Position numbers and translations under genes: made by a program
Assembly: GCA_030830685.1 (NCBI GenBank)
Contig: JAURMM010000016.1
Location: 11,723-75,722, forward strand
Length of the DNA: 64,000 bases
Direction: 5' to 3'
Source: Gammaproteobacteria bacterium
Lineage (GTDB): Bacteria; Pseudomonadota; Gammaproteobacteria; Ga0077536
Notes under the pieces: model-generated
Told to the model about the DNA's origin: nothing
Databases searched by the model: none
The model's input: only the letters and a program-made list of their open reading frames with translations
In this document: in pieces, positions 12,720 through 21,486 of the stretch
How positions within the stretch are numbered: the stretch's first letter is position 1
Layout: every line of letters begins with the position of its first letter

Positions 12720-13484
12720 ATGGTGCTGGGCCTGTGCCTCACCCTGGCTGCGTGCGGCCTCTGGCCGGAGAAGAATCCGGACGAACTGCCGGAGAACTGG
12801 TCCGAAGAGAAGCTCTATCTGGCGGCCAAGGACCGGCTCGAGTCCGGCTCCTGCGCCAGCGCGATCGAATATTACGAGAAGCTGCAGGCGCGTTACCCCT
12901 TCGGCGCCTATGCGGCGCAGGCCCAGATCGAGCTGGCTTATTGCCAGTACAAGTCCGAAGAGGGGCCAGCGGCGCTCGCGACCATCGATCGATTCCTCAA
13001 ACTGAACCCCACCCATCCGCACACCGACTACGCGTTCTATCTGCGCGGACTCATCAACTTCAATCTGGATATGGGGGTCACTGCCCGCTACCTGCCGCGG
13101 GATCCTTCCCAGCGTGATCCGGGCGCAGCGTTACAGGCTTTCAACGACTTCTCCGAGCTCATCCGTCGTTTCCCGGAAAGCAAATACGTGACGGACAGTC
13201 AGTTGCGCATGCGTTACCTGCGTAACATCCTCGCCCAGCACGAGGTGAACGTCGCCAATTTCTACATGCGGCGCGGCGCATTTGTCGCGGCTGCCAATCG
13301 CTCACGCTATGTGGTGGAAAACTTCCAGCAGACGCCCGCAATGCCGGAGGCGCTGGTATTGCTCGCCAAATCCTACAAAGTGTTGGAGCTGGATGATCTT
13401 TCGGCAGATGCCTTGCGGGTATTGGAACTCAACTATCCCAACCACCCCGGGATTGAAGAGGTCAAGCGCACACGCGTGGAGTGA
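12720..13484 (+). CDS. bamD: Outer membrane protein assembly factor BamD (ComL/YfiO) lipoprotein
   Basis: Lipobox 'LTLAAC' then TPR-like repeats ('EYYEKLQARYPFGAYAAQAQIELAYCQYK...'). Start chosen at the ATG giving the MVLGLCLTLAAC signal; the long upstream ORF extension is probably not translated. Confidence 0.8.
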   Translation: MVLGLCLTLAACGLWPEKNPDELPENWSEEKLYLAAKDRLESGSCASAIEYYEKLQARYPFGAYAAQAQIELAYCQYKSEEGPAALATIDRFLKLNPTHPHTDYAFYLRGLINFNLDMGVTARYLPRDPSQRDPGAALQAFNDFSELIRRFPESKYVTDSQLRMRYLRNILAQHEVNVANFYMRRGAFVAAANRSRYVVENFQQTPAMPEALVLLAKSYKVLELDDLSADALRVLELNYPNHPGIEEVKRTRVE

Positions 13485-13499
13485 GTGCGTTCGCGCCCG

Positions 13500-13520
13500 G
13501 GCCGCGCGCGCTGCGCGGCC
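13500..13520. terminator. Perfect 8-bp GC hairpin (GGCCGCGC-GCGCT-GCGCGGCC) between convergent bamD and nadE; candidate bidirectional terminator
   Basis: Seen directly in the sequence, centred between the bamD stop (13484) and the nadE stop (13525). No flanking U-tract on either strand. Confidence 0.3.
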
Positions 13521-13524
13521 GCAT

Positions 13525-15174
13525 TCACACAGCGGGTTCGTCGAGTTCCGAATAACGCGAGGTGATGGGGAAGCGACGGTCGCGCCCGAAGGCTCTCTGT
13601 GACAGGCGCACTCCCGGGGCGGCCTGACGGCGTTTGTACTCATTGCGATCAACCATCGCGGCCACACGTCTCACGGTAGCCGTCTCAAATCCGCGCGCCA
13701 CGATTTCCTGTGGCGTCAGATCCTGCTCCACATAGAGCTCCAGAATCGGATCAAGAATCTCGTAGGGTGGAAGGCTGTCCGAATCTTTCTGATCCGGACG
13801 AAGCTCCGCACTCGGGGCGCGTTCCAGCACGCGCCGGGGGATCACTTCCTCATGCCGATTGCGCCAGGCGCAGAGTCGGTAGACCAGCAGCTTGGGACAA
13901 TCTTTCAGAGGTGCATAACCGCCCGCCATGTCACCGTAGAGCGTGGCATAGCCGACCGACATCTCGCTCTTGTTGCCGGTGGTGAGCACCAGCCGGCCAC
14001 GCTTGTTCGAAACAGCCATCAGCAACACGCCACGACACCGGGCCTGGATGTTTTCCTCGGTCACGTCGGGCGCGGCGCCCTCGAACACCGGCTGCAGGGT
14101 TTCCGTGAAGGCCGCGAAGGTTTGCTCGATCGGTACCACCAGACATTCGCACCCCATGCGTTCTGCTTGGGCGAGCGCATCATCGATGCTCATCTCGGCG
14201 GTATAGCGTGAGGGCATGGAGATGGCGGTCACGTTCTCCGCCCCAAGGGCATCCACTGCAAGCGCCAGCGTGAGCGCAGAATCCACACCACCCGAAACCC
14301 CGATGACCGCACCATTGAAGCGGTTCTTCTGAACGTAGTCCTTCACCCCCAGCACCAGCGCCCGGTAGATGTTTTCCTCATTTTGCGTGGGTGTGGCCAG
14401 CGGACCCTCGAAAATCAGGCCATATGCGTTGCGTTTGACCGTGACTGGAATCAGTTCAGGGGCGAAATCAGTGCCGCGTGCGACGATCTGTCCGCCCGCA
14501 TCCATGACCATGGATCCACCATCGAACACCAGTTCATCCTGACCACCCACCAGGTTCAGGTAGACGACTGGCAACCCGCTTGCCTCATGGGCGGTCTTCA
14601 AGGCGTCCAGACGCTGATCACGTTTGCACGTGCTGTAAGGCGAAGCGTTTAGATTGATGATGAGCTCGGCGCCTGCGTCGCGGTTGGCCACCGCAGTCAG
14701 GGGATCCCATATATCCTCGCAAATGCTCAAGCCCAGCTTGAAACCTGCCACGTCCACCACGCAGGGACCGACACCCTCGATGAAGTACCGTTTCTCGTCA
14801 AAGACCGCATAGTTCGGGAGGCGTTGCTTGCGATAAGAGGCGAGTCGCTTGCCATTCTGGAAGAGAGTCGCGCTGTTGTAGAGCCCGGCAGCGGTCTGTT
14901 CTGGATGGCCCACCACCACGGCAAGATCTGTGCTCGCGCGCTGGATGGCCTCCAGCGCATGGCTCACCCGGCGGTGCAGGCCGGGCCGGAAAAGCAGGTC
15001 TTCCGGGGGATAGCCGGTGATGGCCAGCTCAGGAAAGACCACCAGATCCGCCCCATGCTCGGTGCGGGCCTGGTTTAGCGAGTCGAGAATCTGCCGGGTA
15101 TTGCCGTCAATGTCACCGACGCAGAGGTTGAGTTGCGCAAGCACCATGCGCAGGGCGGCTTGGGGCATGCGCAA
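13525..15174 (-). CDS. nadE: Glutamine-dependent NAD+ synthetase NadE (nitrilase domain plus NAD synthetase domain)
   Basis: 549 aa. N-terminal CN-hydrolase domain and C-terminal PP-loop ATPase 'GVSGGVDSAL'. Confidence 0.9.
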   Translation of the reverse strand: MRMPQAALRMVLAQLNLCVGDIDGNTRQILDSLNQARTEHGADLVVFPELAITGYPPEDLLFRPGLHRRVSHALEAIQRASTDLAVVVGHPEQTAAGLYNSATLFQNGKRLASYRKQRLPNYAVFDEKRYFIEGVGPCVVDVAGFKLGLSICEDIWDPLTAVANRDAGAELIINLNASPYSTCKRDQRLDALKTAHEASGLPVVYLNLVGGQDELVFDGGSMVMDAGGQIVARGTDFAPELIPVTVKRNAYGLIFEGPLATPTQNEENIYRALVLGVKDYVQKNRFNGAVIGVSGGVDSALTLALAVDALGAENVTAISMPSRYTAEMSIDDALAQAERMGCECLVVPIEQTFAAFTETLQPVFEGAAPDVTEENIQARCRGVLLMAVSNKRGRLVLTTGNKSEMSVGYATLYGDMAGGYAPLKDCPKLLVYRLCAWRNRHEEVIPRRVLERAPSAELRPDQKDSDSLPPYEILDPILELYVEQDLTPQEIVARGFETATVRRVAAMVDRNEYKRRQAAPGVRLSQRAFGRDRRFPITSRYSELDEPAV

Positions 15175-15199
15175 CTCCGGATCGTGGCGTGAGGATGGG

Positions 15200-16075
15200 T
15201 CAGCGACCCATCACACGCTGCATGGTCAGACCGAGCTCGGCGGGGCTGTTGACCGTATGCACGCCCGCCTTCTGCAGAGCGGCGTACTTGTCTGCCGCCG
15301 TGCCTTTGCCGCCCGCGATGATGGCGCCGGCATGGCCCATGCGCTTGCCGGGAGGCGCAGTCACACCTGCGATGTAACCCACCACCGGCTTGGTGACGTG
15401 CTTCGCGATGAATTCGGCGGCCTCTTCCTCGGCCGAACCACCGATCTCTCCGACCATGATGATGCCCTCGGTCTGAGGATCAGCCTGGAACAGGGTCAGG
15501 CAGTCGATGAAGTTCATACCATGGATGGGATCTCCGCCAATGCCCACGCAAGTGCTCTGGCCGAGGCCCGCTCTGGATGTCTGGTGCACGGCCTCGTAAG
15601 TCAGGGTGCCAGAGCGAGACACGATGCCGATCTTGCCGGGGGTGTGGATGGCCGCCGGCATGATTCCCATCTTGCACTCACCGGGCGTGATGACGCCGGG
15701 GCAGTTGGGGCCGATGAGGTAGACATCCGGATGTTCAGCCAGCATGGCCTTGACCTTCAGCATGTCCAGCACGGGAATGCCTTCCGTGATGCAGGCAATG
15801 ATCTTCACGCCACCATCCACTGCCTCGGCTATGGCGTCGGCCGCAAACGGGGGGGGCACGAAAATCATGCTGGCGTTGGCGCCAGTCTCGCGTACCGCAT
15901 CGTGCACGGTGTTGAAGATCGGACGGTCCAGATGCTTGCTGCCACCGCGGCCCGGCGTGACACCACCCACCAGCTGCGTGCCATAGGCAATCGCCTGCTC
16001 GGCGTGGAAGGTTCCCTGCTTCCCTGTGAAACCCTGAACGATGACCCGGGTGCTCTTGTTGATCAGAATCGACAT
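15200..16075 (-). CDS. sucD: Succinyl-CoA synthetase alpha subunit
   Basis: 291 aa '[24 protein letters not shown]...' with the conserved CoA-binding and phosphohistidine region. Immediately downstream of sucC with a 1-nt overlap. Confidence 0.95.
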   Translation of the reverse strand: MSILINKSTRVIVQGFTGKQGTFHAEQAIAYGTQLVGGVTPGRGGSKHLDRPIFNTVHDAVRETGANASMIFVPPPFAADAIAEAVDGGVKIIACITEGIPVLDMLKVKAMLAEHPDVYLIGPNCPGVITPGECKMGIMPAAIHTPGKIGIVSRSGTLTYEAVHQTSRAGLGQSTCVGIGGDPIHGMNFIDCLTLFQADPQTEGIIMVGEIGGSAEEEAAEFIAKHVTKPVVGYIAGVTAPPGKRMGHAGAIIAGGKGTAADKYAALQKAGVHTVNSPAELGLTMQRVMGR

Positions 16076-17241
16076 TACTTGGCTCCTCCCGCGGCGGCCA
16101 CGACCTTGCGCGCGGCATCGCCCAAATCTTCGGCGCTGGTGATGGCAAGCCCACTCTCGGCGAGCATCTTCTTGCCTTCGTTGACGTTGGTGCCTTCCAG
16201 ACGCACTACCACTGGCACATTCACGCCAACCTCTTTCACCGCCTGCATGATGCCGGTGGCGATGAGATCGCAGCGCACGATGCCGCCGAAGATGTTGACC
16301 AGGATGGCCTGCACGTTGGGATCGGAGGTAATGATCTTGAACGCTTCCGCCACACGCGCTGCGGTGGTGCCACCGCCCACATCGAGGAAGTTGGCGGGTT
16401 CGCCACCGGAAAGCTTCACGATGTCCATGGTGGCCATGGCGAGCCCTGCGCCGTTCACCATGCAGGCAATATTGCCGTCCAGAGTCACATAGTTGAGATC
16501 GAACTCCTTGGCGCGGCGTTCCTTCTCGTCTTCCTGGCTGGCATCACGCCAGTCCGCAATGCTCTGGCGATAGAGGGCGTTGTCGTCGATGTTGATCTTG
16601 CCATCGAGCGCCGCAAGGCTGCCGTCCGTGAGGATGGCGAGCGGATTGATCTCGACCAGGCTCAGGTCCTTGTCCATGAAGAGCCTGTACAGGCCATGCA
16701 GAATCTTGCCGAGCTGCTTGCGCTGGGCGTCGTCCAGCTCCAGCGCGAAGCCGAGCAGGCGAGTCTGGTAGTCCTGCAGCCCGAGCACCGGATCCACCTT
16801 CACGGTGAAGATCTGTTCCGGTGTGGTCGCGGCCACTTCCTCGATATCCATGCCGCCAGCGCGGGAAGCCATGAAGGTCACACGCTTGGAGGCACGGTCC
16901 ACCAATGCGCCCAGGTAAAGCTCATGGGCGATGGAGGCCGCGCTGTCGATGAGCACGCAATTGATGGGCTGGCCGGCCGGACCCGACTGTTTGGTCACGA
17001 GCTGGGTACCGAGCAGGGCCTTGGCCGCCGCCTTCACATCGTCCACGCTCTTGCAGAACTTCACCCCACCGGCCTTGCCGCGGCCACCGGCGTGCACCTG
17101 TGCTTTCACGAGCCAAGCCTGGCCCCCGAGCACTTTGGCATGGGCTTCGGCTTCGTCCACGGTGGTGGCGGGTTTCCCGGGCAGGACCGCGATCCCGTAG
17201 TCCGCGAACAGGCTCTTGGCCTGATATTCATGCAGATTCAT
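16075..17241 (-). CDS. sucC: Succinyl-CoA synthetase beta subunit
   Basis: 388 aa '[17 protein letters not shown]...' ATP-grasp N-terminus, canonical SucC. Confidence 0.95.
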   Translation of the reverse strand: MNLHEYQAKSLFADYGIAVLPGKPATTVDEAEAHAKVLGGQAWLVKAQVHAGGRGKAGGVKFCKSVDDVKAAAKALLGTQLVTKQSGPAGQPINCVLIDSAASIAHELYLGALVDRASKRVTFMASRAGGMDIEEVAATTPEQIFTVKVDPVLGLQDYQTRLLGFALELDDAQRKQLGKILHGLYRLFMDKDLSLVEINPLAILTDGSLAALDGKINIDDNALYRQSIADWRDASQEDEKERRAKEFDLNYVTLDGNIACMVNGAGLAMATMDIVKLSGGEPANFLDVGGGTTAARVAEAFKIITSDPNVQAILVNIFGGIVRCDLIATGIMQAVKEVGVNVPVVVRLEGTNVNEGKKMLAESGLAITSAEDLGDAARKVVAAAGGAK

Positions 17242-17447
17242 CTATCACTCCCTAGGCAACGACCAGGTCTTGCTGACTGCCAGGCCACGTTCCGCGCGGA
17301 CTTGTTCCTGCGGGAAAGAGTGGCGAAACTAGGTCCCCATGCGCCGGCAGATTGGAGCCGGGCGCCCGATGAGGGCGAGCAGGGACCGCCCGGCACTATA
17401 TCGGATACCTCACCCGGATTGAACGACGCCCCGCGCGCAGGAGCCCT

Positions 17448-17648
17448 ATGGGTCTGACACGTGTTCTCTTGATCGCTCTGGTGGTGTGGCTGGCTTTGGT
17501 CTTCATCCGTCGCCAGCTCGGCCAGATGCGGCGCCGGCCAGAGCAAGCACAAGCAAGGCTCGTGCGCTGCGCCCGGTGCGGGATTTATCTGCCGGAATCG
17601 GAAACCAAGCCTGATGCGAATCAGGCGAGAATCTGTGCCCATCACTGA
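17448..17648 (+). CDS. Small membrane-anchored zinc-ribbon protein (PP_0621-like family) upstream of pilS
   Basis: 66 aa: hydrophobic helix 'VLLIALVVWLALVFI', basic linker, then 'CARCGIYLPESE...' with a terminal 'CAHH'. Position immediately 5' of pilS matches a small conserved protein family seen upstream of pilS in pseudomonads (from memory). Its end overlaps the pilS 5' region. Confidence 0.5.
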   Translation: MGLTRVLLIALVVWLALVFIRRQLGQMRRRPEQAQARLVRCARCGIYLPESETKPDANQARICAHH

Positions 17649-19332
17649 AAAGAACGCCACACCTGGCACGATGGCCTACGCACCTGCGGAGTCCATCCCC
17701 TTGTCGGCAACATCGGCAGACCCGGGACGGGGAAACCCCGTGCTGAGCCCGGACATCCCCACTTCGCGCAACGTCTGGATTGCGCTCCGCCTGTTCAACC
17801 TTTATCGGTTGATAGTGGCCGGTCTTTTCGCGCTGCTCGGCGGCCTGGCGCGGCTGCCACCCGCATTTGGCGACTTCAACCAGCAGACCTTGGCCTGGAT
17901 TGCCGGCAGTTATCTCTTTGGCGCAATCGTGCTGCAGATAGCGATCGAGCGCCGGGTGTTGCCGTTCTTTGCCATGCGCAACCTGCTGGTGAGCCTCGAT
18001 GTGGCAGCCCTCGTGCTCATCATGCATGCGAGCGGCGGACCTTCCGGCGGTTATGGCGTGCTGCTCGTGGTGGCAATTGCCGGTGCCTGTCTGGTCTCCG
18101 CCCCGCGCGCCTCGGTGGCCTTTGCCGCAATCGCCTCGCTCGCCGTGCTCGCGGAGACGGCCATCGGGCACAGCACCCACGCCTTTGGCCAGGACAGCTA
18201 CACCCAAGCCGGCTTGCTCGGTATTGCACTCTTTGCCACCGCAGTCCTGTCTTCGATTCTCGCCACCCAGGTCCGCCGCAGTGAAGAGCTCGCTGCCGAG
18301 CGCGCGCTGGCCATCGCCCAACTCTCGCGGCTGAATGAGTACGTCGTGCAGCGCATGCGTTCCGGCATCATGGTGCTGGGGGAGGATTCTCGCATCGTAC
18401 TGAGCAATGCCGCAGCGAGACGCATGCTCGGTGGCACCTCAGAGCCCGCGCTGGACGCGTCCCTGCGCGAGGCTCTTTTTCGCTGGCGTGCGCGTAGCGA
18501 AAACCGTAAGACTCCCTTGAAGCTCGCAGGCGGTGAGGAGGTCATCCTGTCCTTCAGTCGGCTCGGTGAGGGCGGTATGGGCGATACCTTGGTGTTCCTC
18601 GAAGATGCGGCAGAGATTCAGCAGCGTGCGCAGCAGATCAAGCTAGCCTCGCTCGGCCGGTTGACGGTAAGCATCGCGCACGAAATCCGCAATCCTCTGG
18701 GCGCCATCAGCCAGGCCGGCCAGTTGCTGGCCGAAGATGCGGATCTCGCGCCCGGCAATGCAAGGCTCGCCCACCTCGTGGTGGAGCAGTCTGCCCGCGT
18801 GAACGAGATCATCAAGAACGTGCTGACTCTGGGGCGCAGGCAGCCCTCGGCTGTAGAGTCCTTCGCACTTGCCGACTTCGTGCGCAAGTTTTCGGAGAGC
18901 TTCCGTGAGCGCCACGCACTGGACGTCTCAGCATTGCATATCGATTGCTTGGAACCCGATCTCCGGGTGCAGATGGATCTCGGTCATCTGGAGCAGGTGC
19001 TTTGGAATCTCTGCGACAACGCTTTGCGCCATGGTCGAGCTGTGGACAACGGCACGTTTCTTCTGACCCTGCGCTGCGGTGTGCACAGCGAAAGCGCCAG
19101 ACCATGGCTCGAAATCCAGGATTCGGGGCGCGGTATGACGGACGAAGTTGCGCAGCAGATATTTGAACCCTTTTTCACGGGCGTCATGGGTGGGACCGGG
19201 CTCGGCTTGTATCTCTCGCGGGAACTGTGTGAGGCCAACCAGGCCAGCCTTGCGCTGCTAGCCCATGATGCGCGGGGCTGCTGCTTCCGGATTCTTTTCG
19301 CGCATCCGGATCGGCAACTGCTGAGCGCATAA
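17614..19332 (+). CDS. pilS: Sensor histidine kinase PilS
   Basis: N-terminal polytopic membrane domain ('LFNLYRLIVAGLF...'), HisKA 'SIAHEIRNPLGAI', HATPase ('DNALRHG', 'GLGLYLSREL'). Paired with pilR. An alternative start at MAYAPA (17671) is possible. Confidence 0.88.
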   Translation: MRIRRESVPITEKNATPGTMAYAPAESIPLSATSADPGRGNPVLSPDIPTSRNVWIALRLFNLYRLIVAGLFALLGGLARLPPAFGDFNQQTLAWIAGSYLFGAIVLQIAIERRVLPFFAMRNLLVSLDVAALVLIMHASGGPSGGYGVLLVVAIAGACLVSAPRASVAFAAIASLAVLAETAIGHSTHAFGQDSYTQAGLLGIALFATAVLSSILATQVRRSEELAAERALAIAQLSRLNEYVVQRMRSGIMVLGEDSRIVLSNAAARRMLGGTSEPALDASLREALFRWRARSENRKTPLKLAGGEEVILSFSRLGEGGMGDTLVFLEDAAEIQQRAQQIKLASLGRLTVSIAHEIRNPLGAISQAGQLLAEDADLAPGNARLAHLVVEQSARVNEIIKNVLTLGRRQPSAVESFALADFVRKFSESFRERHALDVSALHIDCLEPDLRVQMDLGHLEQVLWNLCDNALRHGRAVDNGTFLLTLRCGVHSESARPWLEIQDSGRGMTDEVAQQIFEPFFTGVMGGTGLGLYLSRELCEANQASLALLAHDARGCCFRILFAHPDRQLLSA

Positions 19333-19339
19333 TTGCGGC

Positions 19340-20680
19340 ATGATGGCTTGCGCACTCATTGTCGACGATGAGCCCGCCCTGCAGGAGCTGGTGGCGATCA
19401 CCCTTGGCCGCATGGGAGTCGAGTGCGTCGGCGCGGCTGATCTCGCGGCAGCCCGACGCGAACTCGCAAAACAGCGCTTTGATTTCTGTCTGACCGATAT
19501 GCGGCTCCCGGATGGTAATGGCCTGAGTCTCGTGGAGTACATCCAGCATCATTACGCCGGACTTCCGGTGGCGGTGATCACGGCGCATGGCAGCATGGAA
19601 GCCGCAATCGAAGCGCTCAAGGGAGGCGCTTTCGACTTCGTGAACAAGCCGGTGGATATCAATGACCTGAGAAGCTTGGTCGCCCAGGCCTTGAAAGTCC
19701 CACCGCAGGAAACCCGGGGGCTGACCGCGGACCGTGGCCTCATCGGCAAGTCTCCGGCCATGGCCCAACTGCGCGAGAAAGTGCGCAAGGTTGCGCGCAG
19801 CCAGGCTCCGGTCTACATCAGTGGTGAGTCCGGTACGGGCAAGGAGCTGGTGGCAAGACTCATCCATGCCCAAGGCCCGCGAGCTGCGGGCCCGTTCGTG
19901 CCGGTGAACTGCGGCGCGCTGCCTCCGGATCTGGTGGAAAGTGAATTGTTTGGTCACCTCAAGGGAAGCTTCACCGGCGCCACCACGGATCGGCCGGGGC
20001 TTTTCCAAGCGGCGCAGGGCGGCACCTTGTTTCTGGACGAAGTGGCAGACCTGCCGCTGCCGATGCAGGTGAAACTGTTGCGTGCCATTCAGGAAAAGAG
20101 AGTCCGGCCCGTGGGTGCGGCACAGGAGGAGGCGGTGGACTGCCGGATCCTCTCGGCGACCCACCAGTCGCTGTCCGAGCTGGTTGCCGCGGGGCGTTTC
20201 CGTCAGGACCTCTTTTATCGCATCAACGTGATCGAATTGAGAATACCGCCCCTGCGTGACCGCGGTGAGGATGTGCTGCTCATCGCTGAGCATTATCTGC
20301 AGGGGCTGGACGCGGACGGGCGCTCACTGGTGCTGGATGAGGGCGCGCGGGCGGCGCTTCGCGCGTATCCCTTCCCTGGCAATGTCCGAGAGCTGGAAAA
20401 CATCCTGGAGCGGGCTGCGGCCCTGTGCGAGGACGAAGCAATAGGCCTTGACGCGCTGCAACTGGAAGACACATCTTTTTTGCTGATGGCTGACTCAAAG
20501 TCTGACCGCCGCGAGGTGGAGGACAAGGCCTTGGCTCCCGATGAGCGCGCCCGGCTGCTGGAAGCGCTGGAAAAAACCCGCTGGAACCGGACCAAGGCCG
20601 CGCAACTGCTGGGAATGACTCTGCGCGCCCTGCGTTACCGCCTGGGAAAGCTGGGGCTGGATCAGGACGATACGTCATAA
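19340..20680 (+). CDS. pilR: Sigma-54-dependent response regulator PilR (NtrC family)
   Basis: Receiver domain (D at 'LTDMRLPDG'), AAA+ sigma-54 activator core ('GESGTGKE', the GAFTGA variant 'GSFTGA', 'ESELFGH') and a C-terminal HTH. Confidence 0.92.
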   Translation: MMACALIVDDEPALQELVAITLGRMGVECVGAADLAAARRELAKQRFDFCLTDMRLPDGNGLSLVEYIQHHYAGLPVAVITAHGSMEAAIEALKGGAFDFVNKPVDINDLRSLVAQALKVPPQETRGLTADRGLIGKSPAMAQLREKVRKVARSQAPVYISGESGTGKELVARLIHAQGPRAAGPFVPVNCGALPPDLVESELFGHLKGSFTGATTDRPGLFQAAQGGTLFLDEVADLPLPMQVKLLRAIQEKRVRPVGAAQEEAVDCRILSATHQSLSELVAAGRFRQDLFYRINVIELRIPPLRDRGEDVLLIAEHYLQGLDADGRSLVLDEGARAALRAYPFPGNVRELENILERAAALCEDEAIGLDALQLEDTSFLLMADSKSDRREVEDKALAPDERARLLEALEKTRWNRTKAAQLLGMTLRALRYRLGKLGLDQDDTS

Positions 20681-20708
20681 AATGACGTAATTGTCATAAA
20701 GTGACGTG
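20672..20708. promoter_or_regulatory. Tandem palindromic elements ACGTCATAAAATGACGT / TTGTCATAAAGTGACGT; candidate PilR enhancer (UAS) for pilA
   Basis: Perfect 7-3-7 palindrome at 20672-20688 and an imperfect copy 19 bp later (20691-20707), seen directly. They lie about 110-145 bp upstream of the sigma-54 -24 element. The TGTC-containing repeats are reminiscent of P. aeruginosa PilR sites. The first copy overlaps the pilR stop codon. Confidence 0.4.
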
Positions 20709-20816
20709 GACTGGGCCGCCAGAATGGACGTGGTAGGCTTTGTTAAGAACATTAAAGCCCACGCGCAGCGAGGCTTTCTGCGCCAGGGGCGGCGCACTAG
20801 CATGACCTCATGCAAC

Positions 20817-20832
20817 GGGCACGCTATGTGCA
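20817..20832 (+). promoter_or_regulatory. Sigma-54 (RpoN) -24/-12 promoter of pilA: GGGCACgctatGTGCA
   Basis: GG at 20818-19 and GC at 20830-31 with canonical spacing. Matches TGGCAC-N5-TTGCW at 9 of 11 fixed positions. Lies about 95 nt upstream of the pilA ATG; the RBS AAGGAG is 7 nt before the ATG. Confidence 0.6.
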
Positions 20833-20926
20833 GTGACTGCTGCAAGGCGCAGGTCAACCTGGAGTCCAAGGGAATGGGCCAACCGTGCGACCGGGAACTC
20901 AATACAAACTCTTAAGGAGCATCACC

Positions 20927-21370
20927 ATGCGCAGCATGCAGCGCGGTTTCACACTTATCGAACTCATGATCGTGGTGGCAATCATCGGCATTCTGGCCGC
21001 GGTCGCCATTCCGGCGTATCAGGATTACACCATTCGCGCGAAAGTGACGGAGGGCTTGGGCCTTGCGTCCGCCGCCAAGACATCTGTGTCCGAATACTTC
21101 ACCAGCGAAGGCACGCTACCGACCAATAACACGCAGGCTGGCTTACCAAGCGCTAACTCCGTCAAGGGGAATAATGTCCGGTCTGTGTCTGTCAAGGATG
21201 GGAATGTGACTATCACGTTCAATTCGAAGACGCCACAGATCGCCTCTCGGACGCTGATCCTGCGGCCAGGCACCGCCGCTGGAAGCGTAACTTGGTCCTG
21301 CACGGCGGGTGGAGACGACACTATTGCCAACAAGTACCGTCCGTCAAATTGCCGAAACATCGGCAGTTAA
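20927..21370 (+). CDS. pilA: Type IVa major pilin PilA (prepilin with 7-aa leader MRSMQRG)
   Basis: '[40 protein letters not shown]' has Gly-1, Phe+1 and Glu+5. Ser/Thr-rich alpha-beta loop. C-terminal disulfide loop C...C followed by 'RNIGS', ending in Ser. Strong RBS upstream. Confidence 0.9.
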   Translation: MRSMQRGFTLIELMIVVAIIGILAAVAIPAYQDYTIRAKVTEGLGLASAAKTSVSEYFTSEGTLPTNNTQAGLPSANSVKGNNVRSVSVKDGNVTITFNSKTPQIASRTLILRPGTAAGSVTWSCTAGGDDTIANKYRPSNCRNIGS

Positions 21371-21486
21371 GGCTGCACTTCAGAATTCCCGCCTGTACCG
21401 ATGGTCGGCATGAACTAGGCTTTTAGAGCAAGCGCATGCCGGCCTAACAAGGCTTCTGATTACCTCTAGCCCTGCAAGATAGAGGG

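Noticed and set aside
15017-16492. 491-aa plus-strand ORF antisense to sucD/sucC
   Set aside because: It overlaps two canonical, highly conserved genes and has no homology signature. High-GC antisense artefact.
21371-21486. Possible terminator hairpins after pilA (CCGATGGTCGG; CCTCTA-N11-TAGAGG; GGCATG-N22-CATGCC)
   Set aside because: Stems are short or the loops long, and none is followed by a convincing U-tract. A strong pilA terminator is expected but I cannot support a specific one from the sequence.
21371-21486. Looked for a tRNA (e.g. tRNA-Thr) flanking pilA as an integration hotspot, as in P. aeruginosa
   Set aside because: No cloverleaf-like sequence or GGTTCGAATCC-type T-loop is present here. 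The same holds in the other long intergenic regions (17242-17447 and 39746-40007).
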